This document shows, one piece after another, positions 44,356-57,699 of a stretch of DNA of 64,000 nt; within the stretch, counting starts at the first letter, position 1; every line of letters starts with the position of its first letter. The stretch is from Octopus vulgaris (taxonomy: Eukaryota): NCBI GenBank assembly GCA_951406725.2, contig OX597817.1, forward strand, positions 111,600,001 through 111,664,000. The letters are read 5' to 3'. A program made the position numbers and the translations under genes. Under the pieces are notes generated by a model that was not told where the DNA came from, did no database searches, and saw only the letters and a program-made list of their open reading frames with translations.

Positions 44356-44870
44356 GTAAGTTAATTTTCTATTATTTAAATATACTTTAAAACTTGCTAT
44401 CCAGTTATTTTTTACTGAGATACGTCTAAAAGAACATACGTATATGAATGTTTGCGTCAATGTGGGCATGGATGAATCTCCAAATATATTCACTGGCACA
44501 CAAATTTCAGTTGTGACTCTTGTAAACATGAGCGGTATAACAGGTCCGTATAAATGTGTACAAGAATGTGTGTATGTTTGTTGTGGGATGGTTGTTAAAA
44601 GATATGTGTAAATGCAGTTAGACTACTCAGTGAGCGTGAAATATGTAACACTCTTTGTGCGTATATATTTGTGTTCGTATGTCAGAATGTTAGAATATGT
44701 ATTTGTATGAGTAAGCATGTGAGTTTTGTATAGGTTATAGGCTAATTAATGTGTAAGAGTTTCTAGTCAGTGTTAGTGTGTGTGCATGTGTGCATGTGCG
44801 CATGTGTTTGTATGTGCGCGCGCTGTAAGAGTGTTTGCGTGTGCTGGTATATGGTTAGTATACTTCTATA

Positions 44871-45253
44871 TCTCTCTCTATATAAACGGCAGTTTATCTG
44901 TCTGTGTGTCTGTGTGTCTGTCAGGTTGTACCCTCACCCTGACCACGGCTTTCAACCGATTCTGATGAAACTTGACACACACATAGCCCAATGTCATAAT
45001 TCAAAACTAACGCAGCGAAAATTTTGAAAAGTTCCCCCAGTTCTGAAAAACATCGATAAATTCGACATGGGGTCGAGAATCAGAAACACAAACCACAGAC
45101 TGTCTAGGGGACGCAACTCGACCTTTTTTACTAAAAAAAAAATTTACCATCGTTTTTTTTCCATTTTTTTGCTACTTTTTGGCTATAACTCTCTAAAAAT
45201 ACTTTATAGTTATTTCCCTTACAAACCCGAGCAACGCCGGGTGATACTGCTAG
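44871..45253 (+). mobile_element. Non-autonomous Helitron in the GPCR intron
   Basis: A|TC...cccgagcaacgccgggtgatactgCTAG|T; near copy of 23512-23895. Confidence 0.8.
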
Positions 45254-45285
45254 TCATTAATATGCGTGGGTTTACTTTTTACGTG

Positions 45286-45334
<49 letters not shown>

Positions 45335-45584
45335 TCCGATTGATATACATAGGTTCGTGTGTTTGTAAGAATGTGTGTGTGTGTGCCTATGTGTATGCAT
45401 GCGAATGCCAGCTCTAAATTAAAATAAGCGCGTGCGTAGGACATAAAGAGAAGGGAGGGGCACCATAGAAATGGTAATTAGGGATGTCATATCTCTGCTA
45501 AGTATGGAAGCAGATGTGTTATGTAAGATTAATTTCGGGGATCTGATCAAAGGGTTAAAAAAAAGTAGAAAATTTTCTAATATA

Positions 45585-46020
45585 GGCGCAGGCGTAGTTT
45601 TGTGGTAGAAACCTTGCTTCCCAACCACTTGGTTCGGGGTTCAGTTTCACTGCATGGCACTTTGGGTGTGTCTTCTACTATAGCCTCGGGCCGACCAAAG
45701 CCGTGTGAGTGGATTTGGTAGACGGAAGCTGAAAGAAGCCGTCGTATATACATATGCATGTATATGTGTGTGTGTGTATGGATGTATATGTATATGTTTA
45801 TGCACGTGTGTGTCTGTGTTTGCCCCACCCCCACACCTCGCCAACGCTTGACAACCAATGTTGGTGTGTTTACTTCCCCGTAACTTAGGGGTTCGGCAAA
45901 AGTGATCGATAGAATAAGTACCAGGCTTACAATGAATAAGTCCTGGGGTCGATTTCTTCGACTAAAGGCGGTGCTGCAACATGACCGCCGTCAAATGACT
46001 GATACAAGTATAAAAAAAAA
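45585..46020 (+). mobile_element. Full-length copy of the same tRNA-derived SINE
   Basis: Colinear with the reverse complement of 22127-22566. Confidence 0.85.
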
Positions 46021-46434
46021 TAAAATTAAAAAGACTTAAAAAATTAAAAAATGGATGTATGGAAAAATAATCATTATTTTCCAACTTAATGTTAATTTTG
46101 TAACATTTTGAAAAATAAAAAAATATTTTATGGTTTATTGTGGTTTATATTTTCAATAACATATATATGGGGGCAACAAAATCCTTTAAGTGTGTAGCAA
46201 TGACGAAAGAATATGAGTCTTAATCCGGCCATGGCGAATGCGCATGTATTTGTGTGTTTGTGTGCGCGTAGAGTTCTCGAACTGAATCGGGTATGCCAGC
46301 CTTTCGGAGTTTTGTGCGTTTGAACTTGATACGCGTATTTATGAATATGAACGAATACACGTGAGTGCATATTTGCGTTTATTCGAGGGTGTGCAAGCAA
46401 TTTGATGACAGGATGCATATATGTGGCGGATGCA

Positions 46435-46521
<87 letters not shown>

Positions 46522-47529
46522 GTGTGTGTGGAAAGTTTCTGTGCGTTTTTGTGTGTGCACAGGTAACATATAATGTATTTTGATTATGTGCCTATGCATG
46601 ATGGGTGGTGTGCAATTCTATATGAGGCTAATGACTCGCCCGAAACCCTGTGTATGTTGGCAGTTGAGGTAAGTCTTGAGTAATGTTCGCTCTAAGATGT
46701 GAACGTACAAGATTTTTCAAGATGAAATCAAATTGTTTTTAACTGAAGATATATATTTCTGTCCGTTCTTTTCTGGTTTTAATTATTTAAATTCTTCCTT
46801 TGGAGAAAGAGCAGGTTCCTAACAAAAATACAAAGCTCCATCGTTGTAATGTAGATAACGAAAACAGTGTCACATTATAAACCTGAAAGAGGTCTTCCAT
46901 AGTTTACTGTTTCACTTACAGATTGTATTTGTAATGTGCAAGTCAGTTGGTTGATTACGTTTTCTGAAAATTCAGCGTATGCGCGCGCGCGTGTATGTGT
47001 GTGTGTGTGAGTGTGTACGTACGTACGTACATATAATACAGTAGCTGCCCAAAATATTGCATCTGGGTTTGGTGAAACGAATAATTTTGAAAGAATGTTG
47101 TCTTCAAATATGATAAATGTAGACAGCTGTAAGAATTCCAGCAGACGTTTAAGGATAAAAATCAAATCTCATAATGAATATTCTGCATTAAAAGAAGGGA
47201 ACCTCAAAAATCAGTTTTATTATCTCAGCAGAATATTGTCTATGGCAAGGAACTGGCGGAACGATATGAACCTCGGTTGAGCTACCTTGTGGTATTTGTT
47301 CTGACTCCTTAAAACTGAGCTCTACTCTCGCCGGGGTCTACTTGAGAAGCTGACTTAATCTATCGCCCAGTTTAACACCACCTTCTGATTTTTGGCTGGC
47401 AATAGCGGTGTCTACTTTGTTGCAAGCATTCAAGCCAAATCCTCTAGTGTGAGGAAATCTTTCTCCCACCATTCTCGGGAGGCTCTATAAACGCCAAAAG
47501 CGCTGCTGTTCCTCCTTGACTAAAAATAT

Positions 47530-48860
47530 CAGCCTGGAATTGAACTCGGAATCCGAGGATTATTAGCCCGCGCTCTGATCCACTACGCTAAATGCTCGTA
47601 GGTAATTATAGAGTGAATTTTTCGACTTATAAATCTAATATTTTATCTTTTCTTAATACCAGTTTCCATATTGCATTCATATCAGCACTAGGTCTGCTTA
47701 GGAGGTTATTGTGTCCTACCATATGTGCTGCCTCTTTTAATTTTCTTATTTTCCAGTGGTGTTCTCTGTCTATTATTTTAACTTCATTCCACAGGGGGAG
47801 AGATGGTCTCCTTTTTTCCATACATAATCAGCTATATCCGATTGTTCAATTTCCCCTCGTGTCACAGTTTTATGATGTTCCTCTACCCTTATTTTGAGTG
47901 GGTGGCATGTTTCGCCTTCGTAACAAATAGCTAAACCCTCTTCTTGTCGATGTATACCAGTGTCCATTCTGAAGTAGGTAGTTTCTACACAGAAGGTCAA
48001 CATTTCCATCAAGTTTCCTTTTGGTATACTAGTGCGTTCTTTTAGATAGGTGTCTGTCACCAGTTTTTCTTGAATTACTGATAGTGCTTCATCAGTTGGG
48101 ATTTTGGTTAACAGACTTATCACATCTAGACTCACCATCTGGTTGGATCCAATGAGGGTATCCTTGATCAGTTCTGTGAAGTGGATGGAATTCTTCACGT
48201 ACGATGTTGACTTTCCTGCTAAATGGACTGATTATATTCACAAGGAAGTGGCTCAGTGGATGACATTCTGAACCTCTACAGCTCACTATGGGTCTTAATG
48301 GAATACCATCCTTGTGAATCTTAGGGAAACCGAACATGTGTGTTAGCTTACTGTAGTGTTGAGTCAGTTGTCTGTACTTCATTGGTATAAAGTGATCCTT
48401 GTATTTGATAAAGATCTGTGACAACTTCTTCCCTGTTTTCAGAGTTGGGTCTTTCTTTACTTTGCTGTAGACTTGCCAATTTTTCAGAGTAGTCAGACTT
48501 GTTCATCACTACTGTAGCATTTCCCTTGTCCACTAGAAACATTATGATGGAATTGTCACTCTGTAGTGTTTTGATAGCGAACTTTTCTTCCTTAGTGATG
48601 TTTGGTTTGGGAAGTTTCGCTTTTTCTAGTACCTGTCTCACTTTCCACCTTAGTTCATCTCCCGGAGCTTTTGATATCTCTGTGGCTATCTCTTCAACAG
48701 GGGCTATTATGTCCAAGTATGGAATGCGTTTGTTGGTTGTCGCAAAGTTGAGACCTTTGTTTAGTACTGTTTCTTCAGAGCTTTCTAGATGTCGGCTACT
48801 TACATTAATTACCGCTTTCACAGGTAGGTGACGGACTTCAGTCTTCATTCTATGACCCTC
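47530..48860 (-). mobile_element. Penelope/Poseidon-like PLE, internally deleted (same family as 39655-40670)
   Basis: FGFPKIHKDGIPLRPIVS, MVSLDVISLLTKIP and QEEGLA fused directly to YEGETCHPLKIRVEEH (deletion junction near 47925). Confidence 0.88.
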
Positions 48861-48899
48861 ATTCTCAGAAATATTGATTTAACACTTTCGGTAAATAAA

Positions 48900-51800
48900 A
48901 TACCCCACACTTAGTATAAATTAATTTTAAAAATAATCGGGAATACAATTACATAACTGATTTCATAATTTCGTAATTTTCAAAAGTAGTGTAATATGTA
49001 GAATCCTGGAGCTCTACCGTATTTGTTTGAACTAAATTTCTGTTGGGTGTTCCTCCTGGATGATTTGTGCTGCAGTTCTTCATATTTAGTCGACAATGCT
49101 ATCTGTCAAAGTAAGCTGACTATCTGAGGTTATGCTTGGTTGCTTTTCGTTTCTTTGGTCTGGTGTTTCCGGAATAGTCTTATATCAGGGCTAGACAACT
49201 TTGATTGGTTAGCACGCTCGTGACGTCAGCAAATGCAAATGGAGCATTCAAATAATTAATCTTTTGCTGACATCAAGCGGTCAGCTAACTGTTTTGTCCT
49301 AAACATGCTGTTGATAAATCCTTTGATTACGTCAGGTCTTAATTTGGAAGACCCGTTTTTTGTTTTCTTTTTCTTATTTTATCAATGACTATTATCGTAG
49401 AATTTCAAATTCTAGGCAGGGACCCGCAACATGTCTACGTAATATGTTATAGATTATTCAACCGCATTTTCTTAAAATAAACATATTTTCTTTATTTGTC
49501 CATATTTGATCAATAGTTTTGTGAGAACAATGAGAAAGTTGGAAGACTGGGAATTTTGGGGTTTGCTTATTGCATATATATCTAAGTGTTCCTCAGAAGA
49601 ATCTGTTTAGTATTAGGATCTCGTATTTATTGCCTATGAATAGTGAGTTTTTCACAGTGAAGATATGTCCTGATTTGAATTAATAAGTTCAGTCTTCCAT
49701 AAGACTGGTGCAGGTTCCGCCGTTTGAGCGATCATTCTTTTTGACTGTTGGAGTTTTGTGCTTTTTGTAGATAATTTGGCATAAAGAGATTTCTTTGAAA
49801 ATTTTTGTTAACTTTTGCTTTTAATGTTTTGCATGCTCTTCTCATTCTTAGGACTTCATTAATGGGATGTTTTAACGGATAATGCTGTATGTTTCTGTAT
49901 TTCTCGGGATGTATGTATTATGTAAGTTAGAGTATTTGCAGTGTTTAGATTGTTCTTTGTTCTTCTTAATTCTTTAATGTCAATTTTTTGGCACGTTTTA
50001 TCCCGATATCGAATAACATTGTTGGTTATGATCTATTTAGTAGTTTTTGTTTTAGTTCTTGGAGCCTTTTGTTCCGTGTTTCAAGATTCAAAATGACTGA
50101 GTACATTCTTTGTGTTAGAAATAAATATATTTGTTTTGGTGTGTTTTGGTTAGTATGAAGTGTAGAATAAGTATTGCTTGAATTTGTCAATTCGAGTGGA
50201 TGTCGGTTTCGACGTTTCTGTCATCTTTTACTATTATCCAGATAAGATAGTTGATTGTGACTCTATTCTATTATGAATCATATAATCCCGTTTAGTTTGG
50301 ATTTGAAATAATTAAATTGATCAAGTGTGTAGCTCCACAGGATGACGCAGTCATCCAAGTAACGTTTTCAGTTTTCTAATAGGTATATATGGAAGTTAAT
50401 GACATATTTTAGTTTAGACTGTTCATGTCTGAACTTCTAGGTATGTCACGACTAAATTTGCGTTAGTAAGGGCAATCTTCGTTCTCATCGCAGTCCTAGA
50501 TACTTCTTGTAAATGCAGTCAGCGAAGTCGAAAAATTATTCCGTAGGGAGAATCTTATTCCTTCGGTAATTAGTATTTTTCTATTCGGACTAGAATTTCA
50601 TTGGGAAATTTATAAAGCTAGAATTCTATGATTTCTAGTCTATGGTCACTACTGGGCTTTCTTACATCAAATGATACAATAATGGTGTTCTTGTCAATTT
50701 TTTAGGTGGTGATTTAACAGGTCAGGTCATCATAAAGCTTCGTATGTGTTTTGAAATGGGTTTCAGCGATAAATCTACATAGCTGCCGAGTCGATATGTC
50801 ACACAGGTTGGACCCGCTACAACCTGTGCTTACTTAAAATCGTTCGGGTGTGGTAAGTTTATATATCTTGAATCTGATTCTTTACGGGCATCGTATTTTG
50901 TTTTGCTTTTGTGGACTTGGTTGCGTATGGATAGATTACTGATTTTGCCTTCAAAGTTTGTAAGGTAGTCATATTTCTTATCTGTTAAAACTTCTCGATG
51001 TAGAAGAGTGAAGGTGCTAAGTTGTTGGGTTTTTGTTGTTTTTTTTTGTGAGGGAGTGATAATTGGTAAGCGTTTACCTATTAAGGTGGTGTCTTGTAGA
51101 AAGGATGAAGCATTTCTGATGTAGTCAACATCAATAACGACTACAGAATCCCCTTATCTGCTTCTTTAATTACAATGTCATTATTATTCTTGTGTTCACG
51201 TATAACTTCTCATTCCTTTCGACTGGTGTTGTATTTCGGTTCGGGAAGTGGTAGTTTGTGATATAGGAGGCTATATATAAAGGATTGTAATTGCTTTTAT
51301 TTTGTGCAATTCATTCATTATTATTTTCCTTGACAAATAATACTTCTGTTAGACATAATATTCTACAGATGTGAGAGATCTCATCGAAGTTAGAGTATTG
51401 TGTTGCTGAAGTGAATTTTAAGTCATTTTAGAGGACTTGCATTTGTTGCGTTGACAGACTTTTGTTAACGAAAATTAATTACTTTTGGTTTATCACATTC
51501 TGTTTGTAGTACCAGTTGTTGCAGATTATCTGTTGAGTTTGCCATTCAGTTACTGTTTCTGTATTTGTTCATTTTTTTCTCTGTTGTTGTTGAGTTTTCT
51601 ATAATGGCTGGATTGGTTCTTAGGTCCATATTGTGGATGATCCTGTCTGAGATTTCTGAGTTATTATTTCCTGTTCCTTATTTTACGCTGAAATCCTTAG
51701 TTCTGGGAGATATTGTCTTGAGGAAGCGAAGCTTTGAGTTCTCCTAGTGAGATTGTCATGTTGTCTGAGTAATCTGGAATTCATGTTATTGTCTTTGTAT

Positions 51801-52400
51801 TCTTGGTGGGAAGTTTGGCTTTTTGGCACTTGATTTGCAGTTTATAAGTAATCTTTTGTGGATTTAAATTTAATTCAGAAATGGATTATCCATGTAATTT
51901 TATTTATTTTAAATTCACTTTCATAATTACTAAACCAACTATTACTTTTCTTCCGTCTCTAAATAGTTGTTAGCACTTCATTTTGGTATTGTTCAATAGT
52001 CTTTTCATATACTGAGCTTTCGGGGTTTTTTGTTTTAATAAATTTCCACTTTCATTTGTTCGTCGGTTGATTTTAATTCTTATTCATTGGAATTCCCCTT
52101 TAACCATAGCAACTGTATTTTCATTTGAAGTTTGTCTACACTCATCTTGTCTCTAAGTTTCCTTTGTTGTTCAAGGTCATTAGGAATATATTTAATTTGT
52201 AGTAATTTCCAGGGAAGAACAATCGGTGATGACTCAAATATTTTTACCTTTCTGTTATCTTTTAACATATTCCAAAAAGCAATTTTTCGGGATGTGATGT
52301 TTTGGTTCCAAACATGATTTAAACTCTGTTTAGTTGAATATATTAGTCGTTACAGATTGATATTGTTGTTATCATGTTTTAGTTCCGATTTTGTCCTTTA
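48900..52400 (-). mobile_element. Old, heavily decayed Neptune-like PLE
   Basis: Residual motifs on the minus strand: ADKG (about 51150), VAGPTC.TYRLGSYVD (about 50780-50825) and KRYLDDCVILW (about 50335-50370). Boundaries are approximate. Confidence 0.7.
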
Positions 52401-53993
52401 TTACATAAACTGTAAACTCCCAATCCTGACGAGAAAAATTGACACAATACATAACACTATCAAAGAACTCAATGAGGGAAAAGATTAGACCCAACTAGTG
52501 GGAGTTAATTAGACCGTAAATCAATTATACCAAACTTTAGAAACTGTAATGCAAAGTATCTCAAAGGAGTATTCTGTACGCTAAATATAAACATTTATTG
52601 TGAAAATTTCATTATATTCGCTTCATTGATATCCAAGTTGAAGGAATTATTTCATTGGACAAGTTATGTTATTAATTCCTACAGATGATTGTATATGGCA
52701 TTAGCACTCAACAGAAAACCAAAATTAAACGGTTGAGAGATAAGAAGACGTAGACATGAGGAAATAGAATCAACCTATAAGGAATGTGAAAATAAATGTC
52801 AAAATTTCAATCAAAATAGATGTAAGAAAAATAAGGAGAAAAGAAATAATATAGTTTAAAATTGATTGCTAACTATTAGAAGATATTCAAATCCTAAGAG
52901 TCATTCATCAAAACGATAAAAAATTACTATGAATATAATTCAGAAAATATTATGAGATTCTTTTAAAGAATGAAGTGGAGAACCTGACAGCTGACAGTGG
53001 AAAATTTGTATATGACATTTTTGAGTATGTAAACACTTAACATAAATTGGATAATATATACGTCTCATACAATTTAAGAAATAATAAACACTTCATTTCC
53101 ATTCTAAGAAAGAAAGTAAACTATATTTTGTTTTAGACATAATATGAAGGTTATTTTTTAATATCCGGTGCTATAAAGGTTATGATTGTGTAGGATTCAA
53201 ATCCCATTTCTCATCATTATCATTGTATAAACTTTATAAAGTAAAGCAGCTATCTATAATTTTTACTTTCTTTCTTCGCTTAAATCACTGAAACTCGTGA
53301 ATTTGATTTTCAAGGAAGGGAAATAATATAGCTCATAGGATGTGATGAACGGAAAGCTGAATGGTGGAATATGGTTAGCGATAAGTTGGAAGCTTGAAGC
53401 CAAAACGCTCTATTAACGTATTTAATGTCCATTAAAAAAAGGGTTTTGGCTATACAGAATCTCATTTCCGTTCTACTTATACCTATTTAATCTGACGGTG
53501 ATGGGTGTAAAGAAATTGGATGTAAAGGTGGGTGTAGATGCGAATCGTATCCACAGTGCGTTATGGACTTCCATTTGAATCTATTTGACTTCATTACCAG
53601 ATTTCTATTGCCTTGTAACATATAAGACACACATACATACAAGGATAAATGTTTACGTACTCAAAGAAATCAATCCCCTGCTTATTTTAAAAGTCTGCTA
53701 ATTATTCTATCACACCACTTTTTGCCGAACCGCTACGTTAGGCAACGTAAAACCAACACCTATTGTCAGGAGATGGTAGGGGAGACAAGTTCAAACACTA
53801 AGACACACAAACTCACATATAGTACGAGCTTCTTTGAGTTTCCATCTATCAAATACGCTCACAAGGCATTGATCGGCCCTAGATATAGTACAAAAAACTT
53901 GCCCAAGGGGCCGTGCATTAAGACTGAAACCGAAACCATGTGGTCGCAAAGCCAGCGTCTTAACCACACATCCATTAGTACATATATATATAT

Positions 53994-54084
<91 letters not shown>

Positions 54085-54357
54085 TAAATATATCCCACTG
54101 CGTGGCACCTTGGCTTGGGCAAGTATCTTCTACTATAGCCTCGGGCCGAATAAAGCCTTGTGGGGGGATCTGTGTTTGTCCCTCCAACATCGCTTGACAA
54201 CCGATGCTGGTGTGTTTACGTTCCCGCAACTTACCGGTTCCACAAGAGAGACCGATAGAATAAGTACTAGGCTTACAAAGAATAAGCTCTGGAATCGATT
54301 TGCTCGACTAAAGGTGGTGCTCCAGCATGGCCGCATTCAAAGAGTAAAAGTGTATAT

Positions 54358-55530
54358 ATATATATGAATTTCTGTTTGTTTGTTTGTTTGTCTGTAAAGA
54401 CAGCAAATCTGTATGAGCAGTCTCACTCTGTTTCAGATTCGAAACTGAGCATACGCCCTATTCAAACGTCAAAAGAAACCGTGACAAATGGGTTTTCTAC
54501 TTGAACTGTGGTCTTTTCAGTGCCATCGCAAGTTTACTCACATAGTGAGGGACCTACGTTCCATAAACCTATTTGTTCTATATGAAACTGTTTGTTTGTC
54601 CGTCAAAATGAAAGTAAAGACAAAAAAAAATGTAAGAGTTTTTTCACCTTGGTTCAGATTCGAAACTGAATCTAAATTCTGCTTGGACATATGGCCTATT
54701 CAAACGTCAAAAGTAACCGTGACAAATGGGTGTTTCACTCGACCTGTCGCTTTTTCAGTGCCATCGCATAGTCACCTGGATTCGGTAAAGCTATTGTTCT
54801 ATATGATGTAGTTAGTTTCCTAGCTTGTCGGTTCAGATATAAATATACAAACTTCTTTAAGATAGGCAGAGAGAATCCGACAGCGAAGTGAGACGTATGC
54901 GACACACAGACACAGAACTTGACAGGAAAACGAGAAACATTGACACACCTACAAAAAGACAATTCATATCAACAACATGTTTTCCAACTTAGCTAAACTA
55001 TCACACAACGCTTTGCTTTGCATTCCTGTAATATAGCGTCGGAAATTCAGCGCTAGCACTGACAGGACACACCATTTGTAATTTCATTTGACTGTTACAT
55101 ACTGACATTCGTTATCAAAAAAAATGTCTCCTAGGAAAAGAGCGTCAAAACACGAACACCAAAGAAACGCATGACGTGCAGCAGAAAACGAAGATGAGAG
55201 ACATGAAGAGCTTGCAAATGATCGACAAAGAAAGAAAGTTCGATATGCATCTAAAACCGAACATCAAAGAAATGCACGACTTGCAGACAGCCAACAAAGA
55301 ATGGCAGCTCGACGTGCAGCAGAAAACGAAGATCAAAGAAATGCACGACGTGCAGATAGCCAACAAAGAATGGCAGCTCGACGTTCAGCGAAAACGAAGA
55401 CGAAAATAATGCACGACTAAATACTAAAGTATGTAGTTCTACCTATCGATTACATTTCAATTATTTGTTTTGCGTATTAAGTAAAAGATTTTAAAAATTA
55501 AAGGTATCTATTTACTTCCTGCATGTCTGT
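54358..55530 (+). mobile_element. Helitron-like 5' region with internal direct repeat and decayed STPR-like repeat coding segment (55124-55420)
   Basis: Direct repeat at about 54432-54530 and 54653-54770. 69-bp tandem units translate as 23-aa ENEDQRNARRADSQQRMAARRxA in a frame the ORF track misses (in-frame TGA near 55172). Confidence 0.55.
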
Positions 55531-55547
55531 GTAGTATATATATATAT

Positions 55548-56150
55548 ATCAGGTTGAGTAAAAAGTAAGCAACGTTCTGAACCGTGAAGTATTTGCACAG
55601 GATTTTTGGAGAGTTTTGAATTTTTTGAAACATTTGTCTGATAATACAGGCATAAACTTGCCTAAATGCACCAATATATTTCTTTCACCGTTATTGCAAT
55701 CATCTAAAATGGAACTGTCAAGGCGCGATATTCGAGCAATTTTGCTATTCAACTTCAAAAATGGACGTAAAGTAGCTGAAACTGCTCGCAATATTAACGA
55801 AACGTTTGGTGATGAAATGATTAGTGAGCGATCAGATCGAAAATGCTTTAAACGATTTCGTAGTGGAGACCTGAGCCTTGAAGTTCGTAAGCGTAGTGGA
55901 CGCCCGCCTGTAATCGATGACGGTCAATTAAAGACCGTTATTGAGAAAGATCCACGTAAAACCACTCGAGAACTGGCAAAAGAACTTCAACTTAGTTAGA
56001 AAACTGCCTGCAGCCATTTGCATGCGATCGGAAAATCAAAAAAGCTCGACAAATGGGCACTACACAATTTGAATGAAAATCAGAAAATGCGCAGATATGA
56101 AATTTGCTCGTCGCTTCTCCGTAACCAGACTGATTCATTTCTTAACCGTT
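55548..56150 (+). mobile_element. 3'-truncated mariner element
   Basis: TA|tcaggttg start; MELSRRDIRAILLFNFKNG...FRSGDLSLE...RSGRP...KLDKWALH with an in-frame stop. Confidence 0.85.
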
Positions 56151-56508
56151 TTCGTATAAAGAATTATTAACTGTATTACACATAACATCACGGACTAAAG
56201 AATTAGTTTCTAAGTGGTCACTCGACCTTCTAGGAATAGCAGTCAAACCTTCTACACCCCCTCACTCAACAAACTTGAAAAGTAAAACGACACTGTGTGA
56301 TTTAGTTCTAGATATACTGTCTTTAAAAGAAAAAACAAGGTATGCTGGCCATATGGTCACGACTGACTGAGATGTGTTTGGTAATAGACCTGTTCGATTA
56401 GCACTGATCTGGAAACTAAACAACATCATATATTATTTATTTTGTATTTTACTGATTATTGTTGTCAGCAGTCCACTTATACATTTTTACTTTGTGTGTT
56501 TAAATCAG

Positions 56509-56606
56509 GTAATGCCTACAAAGATTGTACCGCAAACGGCACCTGGTGGAAGAACCCAGCAACTAATATGGAATGGACAAACTATAGCACATGTATTCAG
56601 ATAAAG
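56509..56606 (+). CDS. Next exon of the same class B1 GPCR (second half of HRM domain)
   Basis: Acceptor tttgtgtgtttaaatcag ends at 56508. The phase-1 join with 44355 gives S-NAYKDCTANGTWWKNPATNMEWTNYSTCIQIK, the CxxNGxW...WTNYxxC calcitonin-receptor-like motif. Donor AAG|GTAAAT at 56607. This exon is absent from the ORF track in this frame. Confidence 0.92.
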
Positions 56607-57699
56607 GTAAATATAGTTTGAAATATCTAAAAAATAACACGAAGGGTGGTAGATTCGTAGAATCGTTAAAAATTCGGACGCAAGTCCTTACTGTATTTCT
56701 TCCGCCTTTTTTATGTTCAAATCCCACCGAAGTCAACTTTGACGCTCATCCCTCCAGAGTAGATAAAAATAAGATGCAAGCCAAGAAATAGAATCGATTT
56801 AATCGACTAACTACCTGCATAAAAGCTGGATTTCTTAAAATTTTTTAACGTGTTCAGTATTCATACTCGATTCATTTAATATTGCTCTCACATTTTAGCA
56901 CAAGGCCAGCAAAATCGGTGGAAGGAAAAAATCAATAACATCGTCTCCCAGCGTTCAGCTGGTACTTATTTTATCCACACCAAAAGACAACGTCGACTTC
57001 GACAGAATTTGCGAATCGTATGGTATTGAGGGGATGGAAGACGAATGTTGATATTGGTATTAATTTCCAATAAAATTAATGCAAATAGAGTTGAATTTGT
57101 TTGTATCTAAATATATAAAATTATCGCTATGTACTAATGATTAACTATTACAATGAGCAATGGCTACGTAGTATTATATTTATGAACGGTCATGTATTCC
57201 CATCACGCGTAATTACACACATTATGTTTTCATATTGTTCAAGTTTTACGGATACAAAATATTAGTATGCTTTATACCTGTTTTTTAAGAATGATTGTAA
57301 TACAAGCTTGTCGAGTGCCATAGATTAAGGATGGACTTCCAGTGAACCGAATCAGGAACACAGTTTTGGTACATGATAATCATGGTAGTGCGTGGGAATA
57401 TAACAAACACACGCAAGCATTTTTTATGGTTCAGTATTGCTCAGTCAGAGGAAGAAGAGCCTCCGAGTCTGTTGGAAGAAAAGCAAGAGTCCATCCGATG
57501 AACTTCAATTTTCATAAATCTCAATTTTATTCACAAGGTTTGGAAAACTTTTTTATCACAGGTCTATATCTGCAACTACATAATGGAAGAAATCGATATT
57601 GCTGTTATATTTCTCATAAGATTAAATAATTATAGATTATCAGAAAATATCGTATTTAGTGTACAAACATCAGCCACTCTGTTCTTTGCCCGGAGTGAA

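Noticed and set aside
55260-55400. CRISPR-like array or other prokaryotic system
   Set aside because: These are tandem units without unique spacers in clearly eukaryotic DNA; STPR-like coding repeats explain them.
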